A DNA stretch of 64,000 nucleotides from an uncultured Gammaproteobacteria bacterium (lineage in GTDB: Bacteria; Patescibacteriota; Patescibacteriia; UBA11705; JABHMO01): positions 60,742 through 124,741 of the forward strand of contig CAZPBK010000001.1 of assembly GCA_964584985.1 (NCBI GenBank). Direction: 5' to 3'. The first letter of the stretch is position 1; each line of letters opens with the position of its first letter. The notes beneath the pieces were generated by a model. That model was not told the origin of the DNA. It did no database searches and worked only from the letters and a program-made list of their open reading frames with translations. The position numbers were made by a program, and so were the translations under genes. This document shows, one piece after another, positions 39,460-48,525 of the stretch.

Positions 39460-41269
39460 ATTTTTGTAAAAACTTATTTTTATACAAATAATCAATAATC
39501 TGCTCCACACATTCATCAACTGTATTTTCATGAGTTTGACAACAAATATGAGGATTGTCCGGTGCTTCATATGGAGCGGAAATACCGGTAAAATTATCAA
39601 TTTCACCATTAAGAGCTTTTTTATACAAACCTTTGACATCCCGTTTAATACAAATATCCAAAGGGGCGTCAACAAAAACCTCCAAAAATTTATCAGTATG
39701 AAAAGAGGCTGTTTTCCTATGCTCTTTATAAGGTGAAATAAAAGTGGCCAAAACCAAAACATCGTGTTTGCTAAGCAAGCCGGCCACATAAGAAACTCGT
39801 TCAATATTTTTATCGCGATCCTCTTTGGAAAATCCCAAATCTCTGGTTAAAGCCTGTCGCACAATGTCACCGTCCAATCGCTCGCAACGAACCCCCATGT
39901 TTTTCAAAACCACATATAATTTATCAGCAATAGTACTTTTGCCCGATCCGGAAAGTCCGGTAAACCACATCACACCTCCTTTATTGTCTTTTACCCGGTG
40001 AATATAACCACCGGTTTCAGCATTTTTTACTTTTTTATTTATTATACCCGCACCCACGGTATTTTTACTTATTGGATCAATAATAATAAAATTTCCGGTA
40101 TGACGATTTTTTTGGTATGGATCAAAAGACAATGAATCCTGTGTGCGAATGTAAACTCGCCCCATTTCATTTAAATAAAGTTTTGATTTTTCCTCACGAT
40201 GCAAATCATCCATGTTTATTCTGTATCTTAATCTTTCCACAAAACCATTGCTCGTTCTGCTGGTGTGCTTGATAATATAATTTTTATTTTCTGCCAAAGG
40301 CTCATCGCTCATCCAACAAACAGTGGCCTCAAAATTATCTGAAACCTCAGACATATTTTGTTCTTTAACTATCATATCTCCTCGACTAATATCCAGTTCG
40401 TCCTCCAAAGAAAGCAAAGCGGACAAAGGATTAAAAGCATAATCTTGTCTGGAACCGTTAACATAAATCTCCTTTATTGAAGATTTATTATTGGCCGGTA
40501 AGATTCTGACTCGATCACCGCGCCGAATAATTCCACCCTCAATTTTTCCGGTATAACCACGGAAATCTTGATTCGGACGGACAACACTCTGCACCGGGAA
40601 ACGAAAATCAATCAAATTTCTATCAGCGGTTATTTGAATATTTTCCAAATAATCCAAAATTGTTCGTCCGTTATACCAAGGCATATTATGACCACGATCC
40701 ACCACCATATCTCCTTTAAGCGCGGAAACCGGTGTAAATTGTAAATCTTTTATATTTAGTTTGGAACAAAAATCAGAAAAATCTTGTTTAATTTTATTAA
40801 AAATCTTTTGATCATAATCCACTAAATCCATTTTATTGACTACAACCAAAACATGCGGAATACCCAAAAGAGCGGCTATGAATAAATGTCTTTTAGATTG
40901 AATAAGTAAGCCTTTTCTGGCATCACACAAAATCAAAGCCAAATTTGAGTTAGAAGCCCCGGTCATCATGTTTCTGGTATATTGTTCATGCCCCGGTACA
41001 TCGGCAATAATAAAACGCCGTTTGGGAGTGGAAAAATAACGATAAGCCACATCAATGGTTATCCCTTGTTCCCTTTCCGCTTTTAAGCCGTCCAAAAGAA
41101 AAGCCAAATCAACTTCCTTGCCCACTTTATCACAAGTTTTTTTTACTGATAAATACTGATCCTCAAAAATAGAATGACAATCATGAAGCATTCTTCCAAT
41201 CAGGGTTGATTTTCCGTCATCCACGCTCCCGGCGGTGCTTATTCTCAAAAGTTCAATATCATTTTGCAT
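39458..41269 (-). CDS. cysNC: bifunctional sulfate adenylyltransferase subunit 1 / adenylylsulfate kinase
   Basis: GSVDDGKST, EREQGITIDVAYRYF, NKMD; C-terminal GLSGSGKST, LDGD, RDVKGLY. Confidence 0.95.
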   Translation of the reverse strand: MQNDIELLRISTAGSVDDGKSTLIGRMLHDCHSIFEDQYLSVKKTCDKVGKEVDLAFLLDGLKAEREQGITIDVAYRYFSTPKRRFIIADVPGHEQYTRNMMTGASNSNLALILCDARKGLLIQSKRHLFIAALLGIPHVLVVVNKMDLVDYDQKIFNKIKQDFSDFCSKLNIKDLQFTPVSALKGDMVVDRGHNMPWYNGRTILDYLENIQITADRNLIDFRFPVQSVVRPNQDFRGYTGKIEGGIIRRGDRVRILPANNKSSIKEIYVNGSRQDYAFNPLSALLSLEDELDISRGDMIVKEQNMSEVSDNFEATVCWMSDEPLAENKNYIIKHTSRTSNGFVERLRYRINMDDLHREEKSKLYLNEMGRVYIRTQDSLSFDPYQKNRHTGNFIIIDPISKNTVGAGIINKKVKNAETGGYIHRVKDNKGGVMWFTGLSGSGKSTIADKLYVVLKNMGVRCERLDGDIVRQALTRDLGFSKEDRDKNIERVSYVAGLLSKHDVLVLATFISPYKEHRKTASFHTDKFLEVFVDAPLDICIKRDVKGLYKKALNGEIDNFTGISAPYEAPDNPHICCQTHENTVDECVEQIIDYLYKNKFLQK

Positions 41270-41284
41270 ATTTAAAAATCATTT

Positions 41285-42187
41285 TTAAAAATAACCGGAT
41301 TGTTTTTTATCCTCCATGGAACTATCACCACTATGATCAATTATTCTATTTTCCCTCTCGGATTTTTTAGCCAATAAAACTTCTTTTAAAATATCTTCCA
41401 CCGTGGAGGCCGAAGATTCAACCGCTCCGGTACAAGGCACACAGCCAAGGGATCTGAATCGGCACATTACTTCTCCCACTTTTTCATCTTTCTTTACCCT
41501 AGTGGATTCTTCCACCGGCACCAAAAGTCCATTTCTTCTAACCACCTTTCTTTTTTTGGCAAAATAAAGTGGTACTATTTCAATATTTTCTTCTTTAATA
41601 TAATTCCAAACATCCGACTCGGTCCAATTGGAAAGAGGAAAAACACGCATGGTTTCTTGTTTATTTAAATGCGAATTAAAATTATGCCAAAGTTCGGGGC
41701 GCTGATTTTTAGGATCCCACTTGCCCATCGAATTACGATGGGAATAAACTCGCTCTTTGGCTCTGGATTTTTCTTCATCTCGCCGAGCACCGCCTATGGC
41801 CGCATCAAATCCATGCTTTTTTATAGAGTCAAGCAAAGCTTGAGTTTTTAAATAACTACAACAAGTATCTACGCCGTGAATAGCCGGATGCAGACCTTGT
41901 TTGAATTTTTCATGCTGTTCCACAATTAATTTTACGCCTACCTTTTTAGTATAATAATCTCTAAAGTCAGTCATTTGTTTTGGTTTGTAGCCGGTATCAA
42001 TATGCATTAAAGGAAAAGGCACTTTTCCCGGATAAAAAGCTTTGCGCGCCAAATGCAATAGACAAGAAGAATCCTTGCCAACGGAATACAGCATTACCGG
42101 ATTTTTAAACTCCGCCGCCACTTCCCTAATTATGTAAATCGCCTCAGACTCTAACTCCTTTATATGCGACAATTTATAATTTTCCAT
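41285..42187 (-). CDS. cysD: sulfate adenylyltransferase subunit 2
   Basis: [44 protein letters not shown]. Confidence 0.97.
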   Translation of the reverse strand: MENYKLSHIKELESEAIYIIREVAAEFKNPVMLYSVGKDSSCLLHLARKAFYPGKVPFPLMHIDTGYKPKQMTDFRDYYTKKVGVKLIVEQHEKFKQGLHPAIHGVDTCCSYLKTQALLDSIKKHGFDAAIGGARRDEEKSRAKERVYSHRNSMGKWDPKNQRPELWHNFNSHLNKQETMRVFPLSNWTESDVWNYIKEENIEIVPLYFAKKRKVVRRNGLLVPVEESTRVKKDEKVGEVMCRFRSLGCVPCTGAVESSASTVEDILKEVLLAKKSERENRIIDHSGDSSMEDKKQSGYF

Positions 42188-42268
42188 AGTTTTAAATTAT
42201 TCTTCCAATCACTATATTCTTTATACATATATTCTCATATTACCAATTTCCAAACTTATTGTAAAAAC

Positions 42269-43018
42269 TTATCCACAGTTTTCTTTATTCCAATTCTTAA
42301 CAGTCTTTAATAGTAAATTTCTAACCTTGTCGACATTATTGTTCATTCTATCGACAATCAACTCCCAAGTAACGAATTTTTCATTCTTTTTCCAACAATC
42401 AAAATCAGTTACCATAGCAATTGACTGGTATGGTATTTTTAACTCATTGGCCAAAATTACTTCCGGTACAGTGGACATATTAATAACCTGGCCACCCAAT
42501 TTTTGGAACATAAGACTTTCAGCTCTGGTTGAAAACCTGGGGCCTTCAATAGTTATTGCGGTTCCATTATCATGAAATTTTAAATCCAATTCTTTAGCTG
42601 ATAATATTAATTTTTTTCTAAGTTTCCGGTCAAACGGTTCGGCCATGGGAGTATGCACCACTTTTTTTTCATGGTAAGTCAAATTTCTATGTTTGGTAAA
42701 ATCAATAAATTGGTCTAAAAAAACAAATTCTCCCGGCCTAATGTTTTCTTGCAAGCTACCACAGGCAGTCGTGGCCAAAATTGCCTGACACCCTTGATCT
42801 TTAAGTGCCTCGACATTTGCACGGTAAGGCACCATGGTTGGCATAATAGAATGATTTTTCCCGTGGCGAGGTAAAATTACCACTTCAATGTTTTTAATTT
42901 TTCCAACAATCAAATCATCCGACGGCCAACCATAAGAAGTTTTGGATTTTATTGTTTGATAATTTTCCAGTATTTGCGGATCATCCAATCCCGACCCGCC
43001 GATTATTCCGATTTTCAT
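42269..43018 (-). CDS. mtnP: S-methyl-5'-thioadenosine phosphorylase
   Basis: IGIIGGSG, PRHG, ACGSL, EGPRFSTRAES, NM, VTDFDCW. Confidence 0.92.
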   Translation of the reverse strand: MKIGIIGGSGLDDPQILENYQTIKSKTSYGWPSDDLIVGKIKNIEVVILPRHGKNHSIMPTMVPYRANVEALKDQGCQAILATTACGSLQENIRPGEFVFLDQFIDFTKHRNLTYHEKKVVHTPMAEPFDRKLRKKLILSAKELDLKFHDNGTAITIEGPRFSTRAESLMFQKLGGQVINMSTVPEVILANELKIPYQSIAMVTDFDCWKKNEKFVTWELIVDRMNNNVDKVRNLLLKTVKNWNKENCG

Positions 43019-43026
43019 ATTTTTTA

Positions 43027-43554
43027 TTAATCCCATTCATAGTCATAACTGACCAAAGAATGGATATTATATTTTTTTAATCTTTCGCTTCCGCCCAAAA
43101 AGGGCAAATCAATAATTAAACTGACTCCGACCACCTCGGCTTTTAACTTTTCCACCAATTCAATGGTCGCTCCCAAGGTGCCACCGGTAGCCAAAAGATC
43201 ATCAACAATTAAAATTTTTTGCCCCGCTTTTATAGTATCTTTATGCATAGCCACACCGTCAGATCCATATTCTTTTTCATATACAGCTTCAACGGTTTTA
43301 TACGGCAATTTCCCTTTTTTTCTAACCAAGGAAACGCCCAAACCCAGTTTATAAGCAATCACCGTTCCCAACAAAAATCCACGAGCATCTATTACCGCTA
43401 TTTTATCAATTTTTGTCCCGGAAAAAGGTCTAATCATTTGATCAATAACCTGTTTAAAGGTTGGTCCGTCTTGTAAAAGAGTGGTAATATCCTTGAAATT
43501 TACACCCTTTTCAGGCCAATCGGAAACTTCCCTAATTTTAGATTTTAAATCCAT
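43027..43554 (-). CDS. apt: adenine phosphoribosyltransferase
   Basis: FKDITTLL, DARGF, RKKGKLP, EYG, VDDLLATGGT. Confidence 0.95.
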   Translation of the reverse strand: MDLKSKIREVSDWPEKGVNFKDITTLLQDGPTFKQVIDQMIRPFSGTKIDKIAVIDARGFLLGTVIAYKLGLGVSLVRKKGKLPYKTVEAVYEKEYGSDGVAMHKDTIKAGQKILIVDDLLATGGTLGATIELVEKLKAEVVGVSLIIDLPFLGGSERLKKYNIHSLVSYDYEWD

Positions 43555-43641
43555 ATTTAATAATTTTATTTTAGACTTGACATAATTACATTTTTGTGCA
43601 AATATATAATGATGCTTTAATATTTATTTAAGGAGGAAAAA

Positions 43642-44490
43642 ATGAAAACATGGGCGATCTTTAACAATGTCTTTTCAAATTATCCGGCACTTTACGCGGT
43701 GCTCAATCATGCAAAGAGTCTGGGTTCAGAAGCCTTTCTTTGTTTGGGAAATCTGGTTGGTTTCGGACCGCAACCCTTAGCCTGCCTAAAAACAGCTCAC
43801 GAAGAACATATTTTGCTAACTCAGGGACAGATGGAGTTCATGGTGGGCGCCGGCAAATTTACGCACTCTTTGGCCGATGATCAATTCACCGTTAAGGGTG
43901 CTCTGAGTAATATCAAGGAGTTGCAAGATTCCGGGCAAGAACAACGCTTAGCCTGTCACTTTCAAGAGGAAATGTACCAATTGGACAAAACAAAGATCAT
44001 AAAAATCAATGAAAAAAATGATCTGGTTATGGGGCACAGCTCCCTGAGCCCCAAACACAAGATTTGGCCGCCTCCCTGGCCGAAAATAAAAGGCAGAAAA
44101 AGCTTGGCCTCGGAGATCATCTTGGCTAAACGATCGTCAGAAAACGCCAGCTTGGTTCTTCTGGGCAACACCCGAGATGGTCTGTGGATGGATATGGAAA
44201 GAAGAAATATTCAAAACACAAGATTATTTAATGGTCGTGTCTTTATTCAAGAACCGACCTGCTTGTTGGTCAACCCGGGTTCAGTCGGCCAGTTGGACAG
44301 TGTAACCAATCTGGATGAAAACGGGTTTGGTCAAGCTTCCTATGTAACCTTGCATATTCCAGAAGAGGAAGACGAGGAAAAAAGTTGGGTCGAATTTCAT
44401 ACAGTTCGATACAACGCCATGGGATGCTTACAGACCATGAAGGAAAAAGGATTTGATCAAGACGAGATGAAATTCCTTTTCAATCTTTAA
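43642..44490 (+). CDS. calcineurin-like metallophosphoesterase homolog lacking most metal ligands
   Basis: scaffold CLGNLVGFGP and NPGSVGQ retained; SD AAGGAGG at 43630-43636. Confidence 0.7.
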   Translation: MKTWAIFNNVFSNYPALYAVLNHAKSLGSEAFLCLGNLVGFGPQPLACLKTAHEEHILLTQGQMEFMVGAGKFTHSLADDQFTVKGALSNIKELQDSGQEQRLACHFQEEMYQLDKTKIIKINEKNDLVMGHSSLSPKHKIWPPPWPKIKGRKSLASEIILAKRSSENASLVLLGNTRDGLWMDMERRNIQNTRLFNGRVFIQEPTCLLVNPGSVGQLDSVTNLDENGFGQASYVTLHIPEEEDEEKSWVEFHTVRYNAMGCLQTMKEKGFDQDEMKFLFNL

Positions 44491-44498
44491 ACAACAAC

Positions 44499-44531
44499 AA
44501 AAATGCTCTCCTCACCGAGAGCATTTTTTTT
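44499..44531. terminator. bidirectional terminator
   Basis: AAAAATGCTCTC-ctcacc-GAGAGCATTTTT. Confidence 0.75.
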
Positions 44532-44557
44532 ATCAGCTATTCATATATAAACAATCT

Positions 44558-45034
44558 TTACTTTTTTCTTTCATAAACTTCTTTGACTTCCGTGCCGGAC
44601 AAAGTCACCCACACAGTCAAAGTATTGTTACTGTTGCTCAACTCATAATTATATTCCGTAACATTCGGAACCGTATAACCGGGGCAATCACTGCTGTCAA
44701 CGGTCATAGTCATTGTTTTATTATCTTGATCAACATCAAGCTCTCCGGAAATTGTACATTCTGCTTTGGACACAAAAGTTTCCTCTCCCAAAAGCATGGA
44801 AGCCGGTTCTTGATGTTCCAAGTTATCATTCACATAAGTTGCCTGACGCTGCCAATTTCCCTTATAAGCAATATTTTCAGCTCCCTGTTCTTCACCTTCT
44901 TCCGTTTGACTAACCGCTTCACCGGGTTGCTGATTCTGTTTTTGACTTTGCTCCTCGGGAGTATACTTGGTACAGCCCGCAACCAAAGTTAAAGCCACTG
45001 CCAAAAAAAGCACTAAGATAAGATTTTTTCTCAT
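44558..45034 (-). CDS. lipoprotein (lipocalin-like)
   Basis: lipobox VAGC; GNW beta-barrel pattern. Confidence 0.65.
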   Translation of the reverse strand: MRKNLILVLFLAVALTLVAGCTKYTPEEQSQKQNQQPGEAVSQTEEGEEQGAENIAYKGNWQRQATYVNDNLEHQEPASMLLGEETFVSKAECTISGELDVDQDNKTMTMTVDSSDCPGYTVPNVTEYNYELSNSNNTLTVWVTLSGTEVKEVYERKK

Positions 45035-45097
45035 AAATTTTGAGTTATGTCTCTTTTTTTCAGTATAGCAGATTATATTTATTTGTAAAAAAATGCC

Positions 45098-45171
45098 TGG
45101 CAGGAGCTGAGGGAATCGAACCCCCGACCTCGGTTTTGGAGACCGATGTTATACCACTTAACTAAGCTCCC
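45098..45171 (-). tRNA. tRNA-Trp (CCA)
   Basis: cloverleaf GGGAGCT...TCGGT-CT-CCA-AA-ACCGA...GGTTCGATTCC...AGCTCCT-G-CCA. Confidence 0.96.
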
Positions 45172-45311
45172 AAAACTTGCCAGACATTTTTGTTGTATCT
45201 TGTATAGATTTTATTGGCTTTTATCTTAAAAAAATCAAATAAATTCCCTTTTTTTAACAATTACTTGACCATGATAGCACAAACAAACAAAATTGACAAC
45301 ATTTATACAAT

Positions 45312-45761
45312 CTAATCTCCAACCTTGAAAAAGAGCCAATTTTTCTCTTGATCTTTTAAATTTATTAAAACAAATTTTCCGTTTAATCTATCGCCTTTTA
45401 TTTTAAAAACAATTTTGTTTTTTTTAATATCCTCAGGTTCCCAAAAGCCTTTATCCCAAATTTTCACCCGGCCGGCGCCATAATGACCTTTGGGTATTTC
45501 TCCTTCAAACCCCGCATAATCAAGCGGATGATCTTCGGTCCTGATGGCCAATCTTTTTATACCGGAATCGGAGGGCTTTTTGGGTACAGCCCAGCTCCAA
45601 AGCACGCCTTCATGTTCCAATCTCAGATCATAATGCAAATTTTGGGCATGATGTTTTTGCACTACATAGGTTAAGTTTTTATCCTTTTTTTGGCCAACCT
45701 CGGCCTTTGGCTCGTGTGACTTTTCCAAATCTCTTTTTTGTTTGTATTTTTCCAAACCCAT
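45312..45761 (-). CDS. stand-alone DNA ligase D 3'-phosphoesterase domain protein
   Basis: YVVQKH, LHYDLRLE, SWAVPK, TEDHPLDY, GHYGAG, WDKG. Confidence 0.9.
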   Translation of the reverse strand: MGLEKYKQKRDLEKSHEPKAEVGQKKDKNLTYVVQKHHAQNLHYDLRLEHEGVLWSWAVPKKPSDSGIKRLAIRTEDHPLDYAGFEGEIPKGHYGAGRVKIWDKGFWEPEDIKKNKIVFKIKGDRLNGKFVLINLKDQEKNWLFFKVGD

Positions 45762-45771
45762 TTTTATTAAA

Positions 45772-46397
45772 TTAATTTTTATCTTCTTGATTTACCAAGG
45801 GAACAAAAGCAAAACCGGGAAACTCTTTTTGTTCAAACTCCTTTTCCGCTCTTTTTTTAATTAGCCATAAACTGCTTTTTACCGGACAAACCAAACAGCC
45901 GCTGATTTTTAATTGTTCCAACCAAAATTCAGGTATTTGTTCTCCGGCGGCTGCGACAATAATTTTATCGTAGGGCGCGAATTCAGACAATCCTTTGCCG
46001 GCGTCAGTGCAAATAAATTTTACTCGCTGATATAGTTTTTTATATTTTTTTAAATTACTTTGACCGGATCTTTTTAATTGCTTAATCCTTTCCATCGCCA
46101 AAACTTGACCGTTTTTTCCCGCTAATTCGGCCAAAAGTCCGGTTTGCCAACCGCTACCGAACCTATCTCAAAAACTTTATCGCCATTTTTGACTTGTAAT
46201 TTTTCCAACATAAAAGCCACAGTGGCCGGCTGGGATATGGTTTGTCCCCGGCCAATGGGCAGCGGACGATTTTCATAAGCTTCACCTTTGTATTCCGGCG
46301 TAACAAAATCTTTTCTGTCCACTTTTTCAAAAACGTGAATAATCTCTTTGGACTGCAAATAGCCTGTATCAATTAATTGTTCAATCAATAAATGCAT
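45772..46397 (-). pseudogene. pcm: protein-L-isoaspartate O-methyltransferase, frameshifted
   Basis: N half has GQTISQP, C half has PYDKIIVAAA and FVPLV; one base is missing in the EIGSGSGW motif at about 46159. Confidence 0.8.
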
Positions 46398-47538
46398 AAA
46401 AATCATTAAAAAAATTTTCCTCGGTAAACTCTTTGGCTTTTTTTAAACAATTTTCAGAAAACTCATTGAATTTTTGATCAATTAAATCTTCGGCTTTTGA
46501 AAATTTATAATAAAGATCCTTTTTATTTCCGGGGAAAAAGGTAAAACCGGTTTCTCCCGATTCAATCAATTCGCTAATTCCGCCAATTTTTGCGCCGATA
46601 ACCGGCACTCCGTTTTGATAAGCCAAAGGAATTACCGTAGGCGAATTTTCATAGCACAAGCTGGGGATTAATAAAAAATCAACTTTTTGAAAATTTTTTT
46701 CTAATTCCGATCCATGTTTTCGTCCCAAAATCTTAATGTTTTTTTGATCTTTTGGTTTTAAATTTCCCGAGCCCACAATAAGTAACTCACTATCAATTTC
46801 ATTTTCTTGCCAAAAATTAATCAACCAATCAAGGCCTTTGTGCTTTTCCCATTGCCCGATAAACAAATAACGCTTATTTTTACTTTTTTTCGGCTCAGAT
46901 TTTATTTTTCCGGACACCGGATTGTTTATTATTTTAATTTGAGAATTCGGGAAAAAGCCCTTTTCAGTGTAAAAGTCGGCCAACCAAACTGAAGGGGAAA
47001 TTACTTTTTCCGGCGAGCCAAAAGTCTTTTTGCATAATCTCTCATATTTTCTTATCGGCCAACCTTGAACCATAAAACTCTTTTCTTTTCCTTTAATTAA
47101 TAAACCGGAAGGCACGGAAAGCTGGACATCATGCAGATAATGAAAGTGTTTTATGCCCAAATCCCTGATCACTTTCGGTACTCGCAAACTCAATCCTTTT
47201 AAATTATGTGTAATTATTAAATCCGGTTTTTCTTTTTGTAAAATTTTTTTCACTGTTTTAGCGGCAAAAAAATTAAACAAATCAAAAATATGCCAAAAAA
47301 TCCTAATAAAAAACGGCCACTTATGGTCGTTTATATAATAAAATATATTCAAAGGCTTAAATCGATAAATTCTAATCCCAGCTTCAATTTTCTGTTTTAA
47401 ACCACTTTTTGGCTTGGTTGATATAACCAAAACATCTTCACCGCGTGCTTTTAGCCCTTCAGCCATAGTCTTAACTACATTTTCCGCTCCGCCGCGAGTA
47501 TAAGGTTCGTACAAATTACTGATTAAACAAATCTTCAT
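46381..47538 (-). CDS. glycosyltransferase family 4
   Basis: GGAE, HKG, PSLCYENSP, GGISE. Confidence 0.9.
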   Translation of the reverse strand: MKICLISNLYEPYTRGGAENVVKTMAEGLKARGEDVLVISTKPKSGLKQKIEAGIRIYRFKPLNIFYYINDHKWPFFIRIFWHIFDLFNFFAAKTVKKILQKEKPDLIITHNLKGLSLRVPKVIRDLGIKHFHYLHDVQLSVPSGLLIKGKEKSFMVQGWPIRKYERLCKKTFGSPEKVISPSVWLADFYTEKGFFPNSQIKIINNPVSGKIKSEPKKSKNKRYLFIGQWEKHKGLDWLINFWQENEIDSELLIVGSGNLKPKDQKNIKILGRKHGSELEKNFQKVDFLLIPSLCYENSPTVIPLAYQNGVPVIGAKIGGISELIESGETGFTFFPGNKKDLYYKFSKAEDLIDQKFNEFSENCLKKAKEFTEENFFNDFYAFID

Positions 47539-47544
47539 GGCTTA

Positions 47545-48525
47545 TTAATTTTTATGCGGACGCAAAGATAAAATATCGCACTTACCGCAATATATTTTTT
47601 GATTTTTTCTAAATTTTTGAAATTTTTTACTTTGCCAAATATCTTTTAAATCCTGCTCAACCAGATTCCCGATTACCAACTTGGGCAAACCGCAACACGG
47701 CGTCACCTGTCCGTTAACATTAATATATACATCATTAAAAGTTCGCAAACAATAATGACCAAACCTGTGCAAAAAAGGCTTTACCAGCTTATATAATATT
47801 TTTTGCCACCCGCTAAAGGCAGTATGAGGTACAAAGTCCAATCCCACCGAACTGTTTTTTAACTTTTTTTCAAGTTTTTTAATAGCTTTTTTTTCGCTTT
47901 TTAAATCAGGGCGATCAAAATCATGAAACCTTATATCCAATCTGGTTAAACGAAGACGATCCACCTTGTTCTCCTTGGCAAACTCAGCAATATCCATTAA
48001 ATCATTCAAATTGTCCTTCATCAAAACGGTTTGTAGATTAATCTTGGTTTCAGACTTATTTTTCGCCAGCAAGTCAGCAAACTGCTTAATATTTTTTATT
48101 TGTTGACGACTGTCATGTCCTTGATAATCCGCCTTGGGCTTAATACTTTCCACGGAAAAACTCACTTCGTCCACTCCGGAGATCAAGAGTTGTTTTTGTT
48201 TCTCTTCGGTCAAAAGAGCGGCGTTGGATGTAAAACGAACCTTTTTCCCTTTTTCTTTAGCCACCTGAATCATTTTTAATAAATCCGGATGCAACAAAGG
48301 CTCTCCCCACCCGGTTAAAATAACATCCTCAACTGAATTCAAACCGACCAATATTTTTTTAAAAAAATCAAAGTCCATCTGCTTTATTAAAACTTTCAAA
48401 TCATGCCGCTGGCACATCGGACAATTAAAATTGCATTTATTGGTAATACTAATCTGAGCGGTTTTGGGATTTTGAGGAATAATGTAAAAAATCCGCCCAA
48501 GAACTTCTTTGATTAATTTCAGCAT
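47545..48525 (-). CDS. radical SAM / SPASM domain protein
   Basis: CNFNCPMC, GWGEPLLHP, C-terminal C...GQVTPCC...CGKC. Confidence 0.9.
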   Translation of the reverse strand: MLKLIKEVLGRIFYIIPQNPKTAQISITNKCNFNCPMCQRHDLKVLIKQMDFDFFKKILVGLNSVEDVILTGWGEPLLHPDLLKMIQVAKEKGKKVRFTSNAALLTEEKQKQLLISGVDEVSFSVESIKPKADYQGHDSRQQIKNIKQFADLLAKNKSETKINLQTVLMKDNLNDLMDIAEFAKENKVDRLRLTRLDIRFHDFDRPDLKSEKKAIKKLEKKLKNSSVGLDFVPHTAFSGWQKILYKLVKPFLHRFGHYCLRTFNDVYINVNGQVTPCCGLPKLVIGNLVEQDLKDIWQSKKFQKFRKNQKIYCGKCDILSLRPHKN

